64,000 nt of DNA from Chloroflexota bacterium (GTDB taxonomy: Bacteria; Chloroflexota; UBA11872; VXOZ01). The stretch is taken from positions 544,001 to 608,000 of the forward strand of contig CAXXVD010000003.1 in NCBI GenBank assembly GCA_963662335.2, in the 5' to 3' direction. The notes below the pieces were generated by a model. It was not told where the DNA came from and made no database searches. It worked only from the letters and a program-made list of their open reading frames with translations. Positions 1 through 9,132 of the stretch are shown one piece after another. Each line of letters starts with the position of its first letter. Within the stretch, counting starts at the first letter, position 1. A program made the translations under genes and the position numbers.

Positions 1-1264
1 CGGGCCGCACGTTGCCCAGGTCGTAGCCGCCCAGCACGCCATGTTCCAGCAGGTGCGCGTTCACGGCGTCCACCGGCGCGGGACAGCGCGCCACGAATTC
101 CTTGATGTAGGGGCCGGGCGTGGAGACGGCAAAGCCGGGCAAGGCGTCGATCTGCGCCGCGGCGTAGTGGGACTTGGCGAGGCAAAGCTCGGCCTTCTTC
201 CTCATCCCCGCCGGGCCGAGCCAACTGACGTTGATCGTGAACGCCAACGCCGCCAGCGCCTCGTTGGTGCAGATGTTCGAGGTGGCTTTCTCGCGGCGGA
301 TGTGCTGCTCGCGGGCCTGGAGCGTCATCACGAAACCGCGCTTGCCCTCGATGTCTTTCGTCATGCCGGAGACGCGGCCGGGCATCTGGCGCAGGTATTT
401 CTTGCGCGTTGCGTAGAGGCCGAGCCGCGGGCCGCCGAGACCGGGCGGCAGCGCCAGGCCGTGCCCCTCGCCGGTGACGACGTCGGCGCCGTATTCGCCC
501 GGCGGCGTCAGAATGCCCAGCGAAACCGGATCGGCGCTCACCACCAGCAACGCGCCGTGAGCGTGGACGGTCTCCGCAAGTTCCTGGCACTCGTGCACCC
601 AGCCGAAGAAATTCGGAACCTGCACGACCACGCAGGCGGTCTCGCCGTCGATGGCGGCGGCCACCGCGTCCCAGTTGTCGCGCAGCGCGCCGTCGTCAGC
701 GATGGTGAAGGCCGGCACGCGCTCCAGGGTCACCTCGCGCCCCTCGGCGTAGGTCTCCAGCACGTCGAGCGTGGTCGGATTGAACGTATCCGGCGCGACG
801 ATCTTGGCGCGCTTGGTGACGCTGCACGCGGTGAGGGCGGCTTCCGCGGTGGCGGTGGCCTCGTCGTACATGCTGGCGTTCGCCACGTCCATGCCGGTGA
901 GCAGGCAGACCATGCTCTGGAACTCGTACATGGCCTGCAAGGTGCCCTGGGAGAGTTCCGGCTGGTAGGGCGTATAGCTGGTGAGAAATTCGCCCCGCAG
1001 GATGAGGGCGTTGACGATGCTGGGGATGAAGTGGTTGTAACAGCCCGCGCCGAGAAAACTGGGCAGGGACTGGACGTTCTGGTTTTGTTGCGCCAGTTCG
1101 TTCAGGTGGCGAATGACCTCCGGCTCGGACAAGCCCGGCGGCAGGTCGAGTTGCGGATGGCGCACGTCCGCCGGAATGTCGTGGAAGAGGTCCGCCGCGC
1201 GCGCCACGCCAATGGCGCGCAGCATGGCTTCCCGGTCGGCGCTGCTGTGGGGTACGTAGTCCAT
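1..1264 (-). CDS. gcvPA: Glycine dehydrogenase (decarboxylating) subunit 1, 3' end outside the window
   Basis: Read manually on the minus strand from ATG 1264: MDYVPHSSADREAMLRAIGV...FLGAGCYNHFIP...YTPYQPELSQG...REQHIRREKATSNICTN; follows gcvH. Confidence 0.95.
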   Translation of the reverse strand, partial: MDYVPHSSADREAMLRAIGVARAADLFHDIPADVRHPQLDLPPGLSEPEVIRHLNELAQQNQNVQSLPSFLGAGCYNHFIPSIVNALILRGEFLTSYTPYQPELSQGTLQAMYEFQSMVCLLTGMDVANASMYDEATATAEAALTACSVTKRAKIVAPDTFNPTTLDVLETYAEGREVTLERVPAFTIADDGALRDNWDAVAAAIDGETACVVVQVPNFFGWVHECQELAETVHAHGALLVVSADPVSLGILTPPGEYGADVVTGEGHGLALPPGLGGPRLGLYATRKKYLRQMPGRVSGMTKDIEGKRGFVMTLQAREQHIRREKATSNICTNEALAALAFTINVSWLGPAGMRKKAELCLAKSHYAAAQIDALPGFAVSTPGPYIKEFVARCPAPVDAVNAHLLEHGVLGGYDLGNVRP

Positions 1265-1273
1265 GGCTTGTCC

Positions 1274-1669
1274 TTAGTGCGCGCCGGATTCGGCCAGCAC
1301 GGCCGCGTAGCCGGCGGCGTCGAGCAGGGTGGGCCAGTCCGCGTCCAGGTTTGTGGGTCGGAGCTTGATCATCCAGCCGCCGGCGTAGGGCGCGTCGTTG
1401 ACCAGTTCCGGGCTCTCTTCCAGTTCCTCGTTAATTGCCACGATTTCGCCGGCGATGGGAGAGTAGAGGTCGGACGCGGTCTTCACCGACTCTACCACGC
1501 CAAACTCGCCCATCGCCTCCACGGTAGCGCCCGGCTGCGGCAGTTCCACGTAGACGATGTCGCCGAGTTCGCCTTGGGCGTAGTCGGTGATGCCGACCAC
1601 GCAGAGGCCGTCCTCCAGGCGCGCCCACTCGTGCTCCTTGGTGTAGCGCAATTCTTCCGGTATGTTCAT
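1274..1669 (-). CDS. gcvH: Glycine cleavage system H protein
   Basis: LRYTKEHEW, VGITDYAQGELGDIVYVELP and lipoyl-lysine motif VESVKTASD; start set at MNIPEE. Confidence 0.97.
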   Translation of the reverse strand: MNIPEELRYTKEHEWARLEDGLCVVGITDYAQGELGDIVYVELPQPGATVEAMGEFGVVESVKTASDLYSPIAGEIVAINEELEESPELVNDAPYAGGWMIKLRPTNLDADWPTLLDAAGYAAVLAESGAH

Positions 1670-1699
1670 GTTTCTCTCCATAGGTTGGCGCGCTGCCGG

Positions 1700-2803
1700 T
1701 CAGCGCTCCCGTCGGTAGAACGGCAAGGGCACCACTCTGGCCGCGCGCAGGTCCGCGCGCACACGCACGTGCACCGTCGCGCCGACCAACGCCGTGCCCG
1801 TTTCCACGTTCGCAATCGCAATCGCCTTTTGCAGCGTTGGACTGAAGGTGCCGCTCGTGACGACGCCGACTTCCTCGCCGTCCACGACGATGAGGCAGCC
1901 GTCGCGCGCGATGCCGCGGTCGATGAGTTCCAGGCCGACCAACTCCCGGTCGGGGCCCACACGCCGCTCCTGCAAGAGGGCCTCTTTGCCGATGAATTGG
2001 CGGTTGCGGAAACGCACGAACTTCTGCAAGCCCGCGTCGAACGGCGAGGTCGCGTCATCCAATTCGTGCCCGTAGAGCGGCAGCCCGGCTTCCAGCCGCA
2101 GCGTATCGCGGGCGCCGAGGCCGACGGGCTTGATGCCGTAGGGGTCGCCCGCCGCCAGCAACGCGGCCCAGGCGGCTTCCGCGTCCGCGGCCGGCACGAA
2201 CAACTCGAAACCGTCCTCGCCGGTATAGCCGGTGCGGGTAATAGTAATTTCCTTGCCCAGAAAGGGCGCCTGCGCGCCGCGGTAGTAGCGCACGGCGGCC
2301 AGGTCGGCGGCGGTTCCCACCATTTCCTGCAGCAGCGTGGTTGCGGCGGGGCCTTGCACGGCCAAGAGGGCGAGTTCGCTATTCTTCACCGTAATGTCAA
2401 GCGACCAATGCTGGGTTGCGTTCTGGTGTTCCAGCCAGTCCACGATCTTGTCGGTATTGGAGGCGTTGACCACCAGCCGGTAATGGGTCGGCAGCCGGTA
2501 GACCAGCACGTCGTCCAGCACGCCGCCTTCGGGGCGGCACACCAGGCTATAGCGAATCTGATTCGGCTGAAGATCCGTAACCCTGTTCGTCAGGATGCCG
2601 TCCAGGAAAGCGGGCACGCCCGCGCCGGCGAAGTCCAGGATGCCCATGTGGCTGATGTCGAAGAGGCCGACCGCGCCGCGCACGGCCCGGTGTTCGGCAA
2701 TCACGCCCGCGTATTGCACCGGCATCTCCCAGCCCGCGAACGGCACCAGCCGCGCGCCGGCCGCGACGTGGGTGGCGTAGAGGGGGGTGCGCTTGAGTTG
2801 CAT
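1700..2803 (-). CDS. gcvT: Aminomethyltransferase (glycine cleavage T protein)
   Basis: LKRTPLY, FAGWEMPVQY, FDISHMG, TRTGYTGEDGFE, GLGARDTLRLEAGLPLYG. Confidence 0.97.
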   Translation of the reverse strand: MQLKRTPLYATHVAAGARLVPFAGWEMPVQYAGVIAEHRAVRGAVGLFDISHMGILDFAGAGVPAFLDGILTNRVTDLQPNQIRYSLVCRPEGGVLDDVLVYRLPTHYRLVVNASNTDKIVDWLEHQNATQHWSLDITVKNSELALLAVQGPAATTLLQEMVGTAADLAAVRYYRGAQAPFLGKEITITRTGYTGEDGFELFVPAADAEAAWAALLAAGDPYGIKPVGLGARDTLRLEAGLPLYGHELDDATSPFDAGLQKFVRFRNRQFIGKEALLQERRVGPDRELVGLELIDRGIARDGCLIVVDGEEVGVVTSGTFSPTLQKAIAIANVETGTALVGATVHVRVRADLRAARVVPLPFYRRER

Positions 2804-2941
2804 AGAATTCCTGCGCCTCGAGTGAAGAGACTACAACGCACTGGGCGTGCATTCGGTACGCCTATCTTACCCAGTTCCCGCGCCGCGTTCAACGTAGGGC
2901 GCGCGCCGCGCCGCGTGGGACGGAAAGCCGCCGCGGCCGCG

Positions 2942-2950
2942 TGTTACAAT
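2942..2950 (+). promoter_or_regulatory. Extended -10 promoter element for mazG
   Basis: TGtTACAAT 26 nt upstream of the ATG. Confidence 0.5.
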
Positions 2951-2976
2951 GGCGCGGAAGGGAAAGGAAACACCCC

Positions 2977-4371
2977 ATGCCCCGGCTGCTCCTGCTTGGC
3001 CTCGACCCGAGCGGCGCTTCCGCCGCGCCGGAAACCGCAACCGCTTTCTTGGAGAACTCGCTCCCGCCGTTGGCAGGCAATCCCGGCCATTCCCTGATCC
3101 GGGGCCTGTGCGGCGAGCGCGTGCTGCCGGCGAACGCGGCGCGCATCCAGGACACGCTCGACCGCCGGGAAGACGCCGCCTACGTTAGCGTGGGGCATCC
3201 GCTCCTGGACGACGGCTGGGCGCGCGCGCTGCACGGCAAGGCCGTAGCAGCCGGCTGGGACGTGCGCTTGGCAGCGGCCCCCAGCCTGCTGGAGCGGGCC
3301 TACGCCGCCTTCCCCTTCGACGGCGCATCCCATACGGTGATGAGCGGCGGCGCGCCGCCGCCCGCGCGCACGGACGCGGCCCTGCTGATCCTGGCCGCCA
3401 ACCTGCCGCCGCGCGCGCTGCGCACGCTGGCCGCGCGCTATCCCGCGCGGCATCGGGTACACGCGCTCTCACTCGGTGGCGCGGCGGACGGGCAGGCGCG
3501 CGCGCTGCCGCTCCGCGAGGCGGCGGCGGCTCACCCGGACGCGCTGCTCGTGCCGCCGCTGGCCCCTCTGGAGCGGCTACGCGAACCGGAAACCCTGCGC
3601 TGGCTCATGGCCCGCCTGCGCGCGCCCGACGGCTGCCCCTGGGACCGGGAGCAGACCCACCAAACGCTCAGGAAGCACCTGCTGGAAGAGACCGCCGAGG
3701 TCATCGACGCCCTGGATGACGGCGACGTGGACGCGCTGCGGGAGGAACTTGGCGACCTGCTCTTGCAGGTCTACTTCCAGGCGCAAGTCGCCGAGGAGCA
3801 GGGGGACTTCACGTTCGACGACGTGGTGGGCGGCATTAGCGAAAAGCTCGTGCGCCGCCACCCGCACGTCTTTGGCGGCAGCGCCGCGGGCACCGCCGCG
3901 CAAGCCCTGGCCAACTGGGAGCAAATCAAGCGGGAAGAATACGCCGCCCAGGGCAAGGAACGCCGCTCACTGCTGGACCGGGCGCCTCGCTCGCTCTCCG
4001 GCCTGGCAACGGCGCAGGCGATAGGCAAGACCGTGGCGAAAGTGGGATTTGATTGGCCCGACGCCCAGGGCGTCCTGGCCAAGCTGCGCGAAGAGATCGA
4101 CGAACTCATCGCGGCCGAGACCGCAGAGGAACGCCTGGACGAACTCGGCGACGTGCTCTTCGTGCTCGCTCAGGTGGCGCGCTGGCTGGGCGTGGACGCG
4201 GAAGAGGCGGCGCGCGCAGCCAACGCCAAGTTCCGCCGCCGCTTTGGCTACATGGAAGAGGCCGCCCGCCACGCCGGCCGCGAACTCGGCGACTACTCGT
4301 TCGAAAAACTGGACTCCCTCTGGGAAGAGGCGAAACGCGCCACCAGCGCTCCCTGGGGATGCCCCCGCTAG
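2977..4371 (+). CDS. mazG: Nucleoside triphosphate pyrophosphohydrolase MazG with degenerate N-terminal tetrapyrrole-methylase-like domain (YabN type)
   Basis: LRAPDGCPWDREQT, EELGDLLLQV, KLVRRHPHVF, VGFDW, ELGDVLF; N-terminal LLGLDP and GHPL motifs resemble YabN. Confidence 0.92.
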   Translation: MPRLLLLGLDPSGASAAPETATAFLENSLPPLAGNPGHSLIRGLCGERVLPANAARIQDTLDRREDAAYVSVGHPLLDDGWARALHGKAVAAGWDVRLAAAPSLLERAYAAFPFDGASHTVMSGGAPPPARTDAALLILAANLPPRALRTLAARYPARHRVHALSLGGAADGQARALPLREAAAAHPDALLVPPLAPLERLREPETLRWLMARLRAPDGCPWDREQTHQTLRKHLLEETAEVIDALDDGDVDALREELGDLLLQVYFQAQVAEEQGDFTFDDVVGGISEKLVRRHPHVFGGSAAGTAAQALANWEQIKREEYAAQGKERRSLLDRAPRSLSGLATAQAIGKTVAKVGFDWPDAQGVLAKLREEIDELIAAETAEERLDELGDVLFVLAQVARWLGVDAEEAARAANAKFRRRFGYMEEAARHAGRELGDYSFEKLDSLWEEAKRATSAPWGCPR

Positions 4372-5624
4372 TGACATCCTGGCAACGGCGTCTCTTTCCC
4401 CTCTATCTCGCGGCGTTCACCGCCCAACTTGGCGTGCCGGCCTTTCTGCCGTTCATCCCGCTCTACATGGTCGAACTCGGCATCGACGACGTGGGCGCGG
4501 CCGCGCGGTGGAGCGGCGTGCTGGTGGCGATCACGCCGCTTACCTCTACCGCGGCGGTGCCGTACCTCGGCTTGCTCGGCGATCGCATCGGCTTGCGGCG
4601 GCTCGCCCTCATCGGCCTGGGCGCGGGCGGGGTCACGGTCGCGCTGCTGGCGCTGGCGACGAGTCCCTGGCAACTTCTGATCGGCCGCACGCTCTTCGGG
4701 TTTTGCGGCGTGTACTGGACGTTCTTTGCGGCCGCCATTGCGGAGCACGCGCCGCGGGAGCACATGGTGCGCGCCTTTGGCCGGCTGCAGATGGCGAACT
4801 TTGGCGCGCCCATCCTGGCGCCGGTAATGGGCGGCGCGATCGCCTCCGTGCTGGGCCTGAAAGCGGCTTTCGTGCTCGGCGGGATCATGTTCTGGATTGC
4901 CACCGCCATGGTGGCGCTGCTGTATCCGGGCGGTGACGAACTCAAGCCGCAGCGTAACGCAGCGAGCGCCGGTTCGCCGTGGCGGATGATCTTCGCGCAG
5001 CCGCAGATGGCGCTGCTCTCGTTGGTGTTGCTGGTCTCGTTCTACGCCGAAGGCAGCACCCTGCCGGTCATCCCGCTCTACGTGCAGGCGCTGGGCGTCG
5101 CGCCGGGCCAGGTGGCGGCGACCGTGGGCCTGATTACCGCCGCCAGCGCGGTGACGTACGTGGCGGCCAACGCGCTGGTCGGGCGCGTCGTGCCCACCAG
5201 ATTAGCGCACGTGGCCGTGCTGCCGGGCCTGATTGGCGGCGCTATCGTCTGCGTGCCGCTCTTCTTTGCCGGCCAGTTGTGGCACCTGCTGGTCTTCCGG
5301 CCGCTGCTTTCGCTCTTCACCGGCACGATTCCGGCGCTGGTCTACACGGCGGCGGAGCCGTTCGTGCCGCGGGAACGGCGCGGCGCGGGCTTTGGGCTGC
5401 TGACCAGCGTGGGCCTGGGCGGCACCGCCGCCGGCCGCGTCGCCAGCGGCATGGTGGCCTCGCTCTCGCTGTCGGGCGTCTTCTTCGTGGACGGCGTCCT
5501 GCTGCTGGGCGGGTTCGGGGTCTATTCCGCCCTGCGCCGCCGCTTTCCGTATCCGCAGGTGGACGAAGAGCCGCGTGGCCAAAGCGCTGCCGCCGGTTTG
5601 AACGAGGGCGGCAGTCCACGTTAG
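4359..5624 (+). CDS. MFS transporter (DHA1/MdtG-like)
   Basis: About 12 hydrophobic segments, motif A GLLGDRIGLRR, PFIPLY; overlaps the mazG stop. Confidence 0.85.
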   Translation: MPPLVTSWQRRLFPLYLAAFTAQLGVPAFLPFIPLYMVELGIDDVGAAARWSGVLVAITPLTSTAAVPYLGLLGDRIGLRRLALIGLGAGGVTVALLALATSPWQLLIGRTLFGFCGVYWTFFAAAIAEHAPREHMVRAFGRLQMANFGAPILAPVMGGAIASVLGLKAAFVLGGIMFWIATAMVALLYPGGDELKPQRNAASAGSPWRMIFAQPQMALLSLVLLVSFYAEGSTLPVIPLYVQALGVAPGQVAATVGLITAASAVTYVAANALVGRVVPTRLAHVAVLPGLIGGAIVCVPLFFAGQLWHLLVFRPLLSLFTGTIPALVYTAAEPFVPRERRGAGFGLLTSVGLGGTAAGRVASGMVASLSLSGVFFVDGVLLLGGFGVYSALRRRFPYPQVDEEPRGQSAAAGLNEGGSPR

Positions 5625-5908
5625 GATTGAACTGTGCGCCCTGCCTGGGGCGGCTCTTGGCGTAAAGTAACCGTCACGCAGTCCAAACGCCCAGAAGATG
5701 CCGGGAGGGAAACCCTATTCGAGACGCTGCATAGACAACGCCCCCCTCAAGAGAACGCCTTTTCGGAGAAACAGCAGAGAAGGGATATCCGTTCCTCCCG
5801 CGCCTGTCGAAGGATTAACGGATGCTCACGTCAGCAACCCGCCAAAGTTCCCGGCGCCCGTTCGCACGAGGGCAGAGGCGCGCGCCCCATGCTCCTGCGC
5901 CGGGTTCG

Positions 5909-7372
5909 CTACTCCTCCGCCAGCATCCGCCCCACCGCGCACGTGTCGCAGCGCTTCTCCCGGCACCAGGCGTGGTAGACGTGGAGCAACCCCTGCTGGC
6001 GCGCGGCGGTCATGGGCACGTACTTTGGCGGCAGGCCGAACACGTCGTCGCGCATGGCGCGGCTCAGGCGGTTCAGGCCGCCGCCCGGCGCGCGGCGAAA
6101 GAGGTCTATGGCCCAATCGGCCAGCCCGCCGTCACCCACGTGTTCGCCATAGGCGACCAGGAACGGCAGGATGACGTTCACGAGCATCTCGCGGGCACGC
6201 TCCGTCCCGATGAGACTCTGCGGCCCGCCGCGCAACGGCGCGCCAACGTCGCTGTGCGCCGCCCAGTAGGGTGAGGCGGACGCCGCCAGCGTAAACGCGT
6301 TTATCGCGTGCTGGAGCGCCTGCGGCGGCGACTCTGTGCGGAGCGCCAGGCAGGTTGCCACCGGCCCCGTCCTGGCGAGCCGGGCGCAGAGGATTCCGGC
6401 CGCCGCCACCCGCCGGGCCGGGGCGTTCGCGGGCCGCACGCCGCCGCGCGCCCACGCCGCGGCGTCCAGCGCCGGTTCCCGGCCAAACCGCCGCCAGCGC
6501 GTCTCCAGTTCCCGCACGTACGCCGCCTCGCCGGCGGCAGGGGCAAGACCTGCCGTGTCCGCGCGCGGCGATTCGCCGGGTGGGCCGCGGCGTGTCGTGC
6601 CCCTACGCGAGGCCGTCGTTCCCTTTCGTTCGGACTCGCCGCGCTGGGAGGGCAAGAGGCCAGCCGCGCCCAGGAAGAGCGCCTCGCCGCCATGCCCGGC
6701 GCCGGCCGTGCCGCCCAACAGCCCGGCCACCACCGGCCACGGCAGGGCCTCGCTCAACGCGCGAAACGGCGCCCGGTTCTGGGTATACCCCAGCGCGTCC
6801 AACAGGCCCGCGTAGAGCGCCTGCGCCGGCCCGTCCTGGTCGATTGCCGCCCGCAGCCGCGCCGCCTTCTGCCGCAACCGCCGTTCGCCCAGGGCGGCGA
6901 AGAGCATGCCGACGGTCATGGCGTCGCGCTGGGTGTGGAGGTCCGCGCACGGCTGGAACGACGGCAGCCGTTGCGCCGCATACTTCTCAGGCAGGCCGCC
7001 GGGGAAATGCGGCGCCAGCGCCAGCGTCCGCAGCGGTCCGCCCGCCACCGGGCCGTCGTTCTGCCACACCACGTGGAGCATGACGCTGTGGTAGGCCGGG
7101 TCGGCGGCGTGCCCGTGCGCGCGCCACGCGGACGTGGTCGTATGAATTTCAACGTGCCCGTGCCGCACCCGGCGGCCGTCGAGGGCAATGATGGCGTCGA
7201 GGAAGTCAGGCCCCGGCCCCAGGTTGCGCCGCCCCGGATAGACCACTTGAATCCGCTCACCGCCCGTGGTGCGCAGCAGCCGCGCGCCCCAGGGCGACGC
7301 CTGCCACAGTTGGGCCACGTCTTCTTCGCGCAACGCTGCCGTCGGGGCAACAGTGGGGTCGGCTACGGCCAT
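5909..7372 (-). CDS. DUF2851 family protein carrying an in-frame REP-derived insertion
   Basis: YPGRRN.GPGPDF, GHVEIH, W.AHGH..DPAY..V.LHVV, RPANAP.RR, QQGLLH and C-terminal C..K.C..C motifs. Confidence 0.88.
   Translation of the reverse strand: MAVADPTVAPTAALREEDVAQLWQASPWGARLLRTTGGERIQVVYPGRRNLGPGPDFLDAIIALDGRRVRHGHVEIHTTTSAWRAHGHAADPAYHSVMLHVVWQNDGPVAGGPLRTLALAPHFPGGLPEKYAAQRLPSFQPCADLHTQRDAMTVGMLFAALGERRLRQKAARLRAAIDQDGPAQALYAGLLDALGYTQNRAPFRALSEALPWPVVAGLLGGTAGAGHGGEALFLGAAGLLPSQRGESERKGTTASRRGTTRRGPPGESPRADTAGLAPAAGEAAYVRELETRWRRFGREPALDAAAWARGGVRPANAPARRVAAAGILCARLARTGPVATCLALRTESPPQALQHAINAFTLAASASPYWAAHSDVGAPLRGGPQSLIGTERAREMLVNVILPFLVAYGEHVGDGGLADWAIDLFRRAPGGGLNRLSRAMRDDVFGLPPKYVPMTAARQQGLLHVYHAWCREKRCDTCAVGRMLAEE
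6537..6606. repeat. REP doublet (GTAGGGGCACG family) inside the DUF2851 CDS
   Basis: GCAGGGGCAAGACCTGCCGTGTCC ... GGGCCGCGGCGTGTCGTGCCCCTAC matches intergenic copies at 43204, 62369 and 62470. Confidence 0.7.
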
Positions 7373-7460
7373 GGCAAACTACCGGGTGCAGGGGGGAGAA
7401 ACGCGCGTTGCGGTTAGTATAGCACGCCAACGACGCGGGTTGGCAATCCCGCGCTGGCAA

Positions 7461-7493
7461 CCGTTCAGCCTTCGACAAGCTCAGGCCGAACGG
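7461..7493. repeat. Palindromic repeat of the CCTTCGACAAGCTCAGG..GAACGG family
   Basis: CCGTTC-AGCCTTCGACAAGCTCAGGCC-GAACGG; degenerate copies near 5786-5823 and 7646-7666. Confidence 0.65.
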
Positions 7494-7961
7494 TTTTGGT
7501 CCTCGCAGGGTGCGCTTCTCGCAAGGCGCGGTTCCAATCAGTAGCCCTGCTCAGAAAGGTGGAAGTCGTTCGCGGAAATCGCCATCCTCACCGCAAACGC
7601 CCTCTCCCGTTTGTGCTGGGCCCCATCTGCTCGCGCTCCACGCAGCCGTTCGCGCTGACCCTGTCGCAGCATGAACTGAGGGGCACCATATGCGTGACTA
7701 GACACCTCCCCTCCAGTCTCTTGTCCATTGCCGCGGCTTCAGCAGCGCCAGTGTATTCTAAATCCAGGGTGATGATCTCAACCCTGGTTAGGGCTATGGT
7801 CTTACGCAAAAGGAGACAAGTGCAGCAAACCCTAGGCGTGTCCCATGCTGAGACTAACGCGCAGGTATAGGTTTGGACCGTCGCATCACCAAACCACCAA
7901 AGCCCTTGCGACGCGCAATAGGTGTCGGTACACTGCAAGGTAGGAGAGAGGGAATGGGGCG

Positions 7962-8147
7962 ATGGCGAACTACGAGTTCATTGGGACGATTGCAGCCATA
8001 ATTATTGCGGCTGTTGCTGCAGGCGGTCTTATTCTTCGCTTGCAAGCAGGCCTTCAAGGGCAAATAGCGGAGTTAGGACAGCGTGTCTCCCGCATTGAGT
8101 GATACCTCAAGGGCTACTTCATGCGGGATAGCAAGCGAGAGGAGTAG
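7962..8147 (+). pseudogene. Small TM plus coiled-coil protein with an internal TGA
   Basis: MANYEFIGTIAAIIIAAVAAGGLILRLQAGLQGQIAELGQRVSRIE*YLKGYFMRDSKREE; TGA at 8100-8102; purine-rich RBS upstream. Confidence 0.55.
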
Positions 8148-8149
8148 GG

Positions 8150-8446
8150 ATGCTCGAAGAAGACATGACCGCTGAGTGTGAAAGGCACGGCTTATCACGA
8201 AAGGACGCCGTGCGAGCTATCACACATGCGAAAGATGGTGTCTGCGAACTACACGACTATGAGGTAACGCACGAAGACCCCAAAAGCACCAAGCTCTTTG
8301 TATGGAACTACTGCGGGACGAAAGACAGTAATGGTAACGAGCGGTTCTATTTGGAGAGAATTACAGTCATAAAACCCTATAGAAAAGGGAGACCCGCAGA
8401 CTGGAATCCAGTGATTGATTTCAGAGACTTCAATCCTGGCACTTAG
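8150..8446 (+). CDS. Hypothetical protein, 98 aa
   Basis: GAGGAG RBS; starts 2 nt after the previous stop; no recognisable family. Confidence 0.6.
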   Translation: MLEEDMTAECERHGLSRKDAVRAITHAKDGVCELHDYEVTHEDPKSTKLFVWNYCGTKDSNGNERFYLERITVIKPYRKGRPADWNPVIDFRDFNPGT

Positions 8447-8546
8447 GATTGATATTGAGCAAATATCAAGGGCAGGCTGTAGCTGAGAAGCTGCAGGATG
8501 GATCCGGTTGGCTTTGACACAGCAATAAACGGAGAGGGAACAGTTT

Positions 8547-9008
8547 ATGACGGAACACATAGCGATTGTTGCGGTCATAGAAGGAATCACTATAGCCCTT
8601 GTAGCTGCGGCTATACTTGGATTGCATCGTTGGGTTTCAACTTGGCTAAGGCAAAGGGAACAGATGCAATATCTCAGAGACATCATCGCCACTGGGCACA
8701 GGCAAATCAAGGACGCAGAGCCTGTGGGTGAAATGTCTGAGGATATTGTTCGATTTCTATTGTTCGAGAGTGTTCTGCGCGACTTAAGTCCCGCTTTGAG
8801 TCACAGAACTGATAGTATTGGCTACAAGCAAAAGTACGAGTTGCAAAGAACACTCGTTCATGTTTCTGGATTTATGAGCGAGATGAAGATTGGAAGAGGA
8901 CCTGGGCGAAATATTCCAAGTGGATTGAGATTCTACGAGCAACACTTCTTTGAAAAAATACGCAAGGTTGAGTGGCTAGCCATATCATCACCACAGCCTC
9001 TAGAGTGA
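8547..9008 (+). CDS. Hypothetical protein with N-terminal membrane anchor, 153 aa
   Basis: GGAGAGGG RBS; hydrophobic N-terminus IAIVAVIEGITIALVAAAILGL. Confidence 0.7.
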   Translation: MTEHIAIVAVIEGITIALVAAAILGLHRWVSTWLRQREQMQYLRDIIATGHRQIKDAEPVGEMSEDIVRFLLFESVLRDLSPALSHRTDSIGYKQKYELQRTLVHVSGFMSEMKIGRGPGRNIPSGLRFYEQHFFEKIRKVEWLAISSPQPLE

Positions 9009-9063
9009 CAGACGAGGCGACCCCGGTTAGTCTTGTGTAAGACCCCGATCCAAGATAAGCAAA

Positions 9064-9102
9064 CGCTCTCCCCGGCCCGGAGTTCACCGGCCGGGGAGAG
9101 CG
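9064..9102 (-). terminator. Intrinsic terminator downstream of the SBP gene
   Basis: 14-bp inverted repeat CGCTCTCCCCGGCC/GGCCGGGGAGAGCG followed by TTT on the minus strand. Confidence 0.65.
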
Positions 9103-9132
9103 CACTGGCGTAGTCTTAGAGAATCGCGCAGC

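Larger units (their letters stand above)
7798..9044. mobile_element. Low-GC islet bounded by 12-bp imperfect inverted repeats
   Basis: Visibly AT-richer than the flanks; GGTCTTACGCAA (7798-7809) vs reverse complement of TTGTGTAAGACC (9033-9044), 11/12 match; no transposase or target duplication seen. Confidence 0.45.

Noticed and set aside
2804-2940. Glycine riboswitch upstream of gcvT
   Set aside because: The conserved GGAGA/CCGAAG/CTCTCAGG elements are not present on the minus strand
41-3097. 1018-aa + strand ORF and similar long ORFs (12664-14805, 15273-16922, 17048-19150, 35865-37616, 40746-42944, 45295-47523)
   Set aside because: Antisense shadows of real high-GC genes (gcv, ABC exporter, ftsH, hom, TPR/amidase, rel); no motifs of their own
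7496-7938. ORFs 7496-7870 (+) and 7588-7938 (-)
   Set aside because: They overlap decayed palindromic repeats and the islet boundary, and lack protein-like composition
8100-8102. Alternative genetic code (TGA = Gly) as explanation for the internal stop
   Set aside because: TGA terminates many conserved genes at their expected ends (mutM, hom, rel, pth) and also the islet gene ending at 9008
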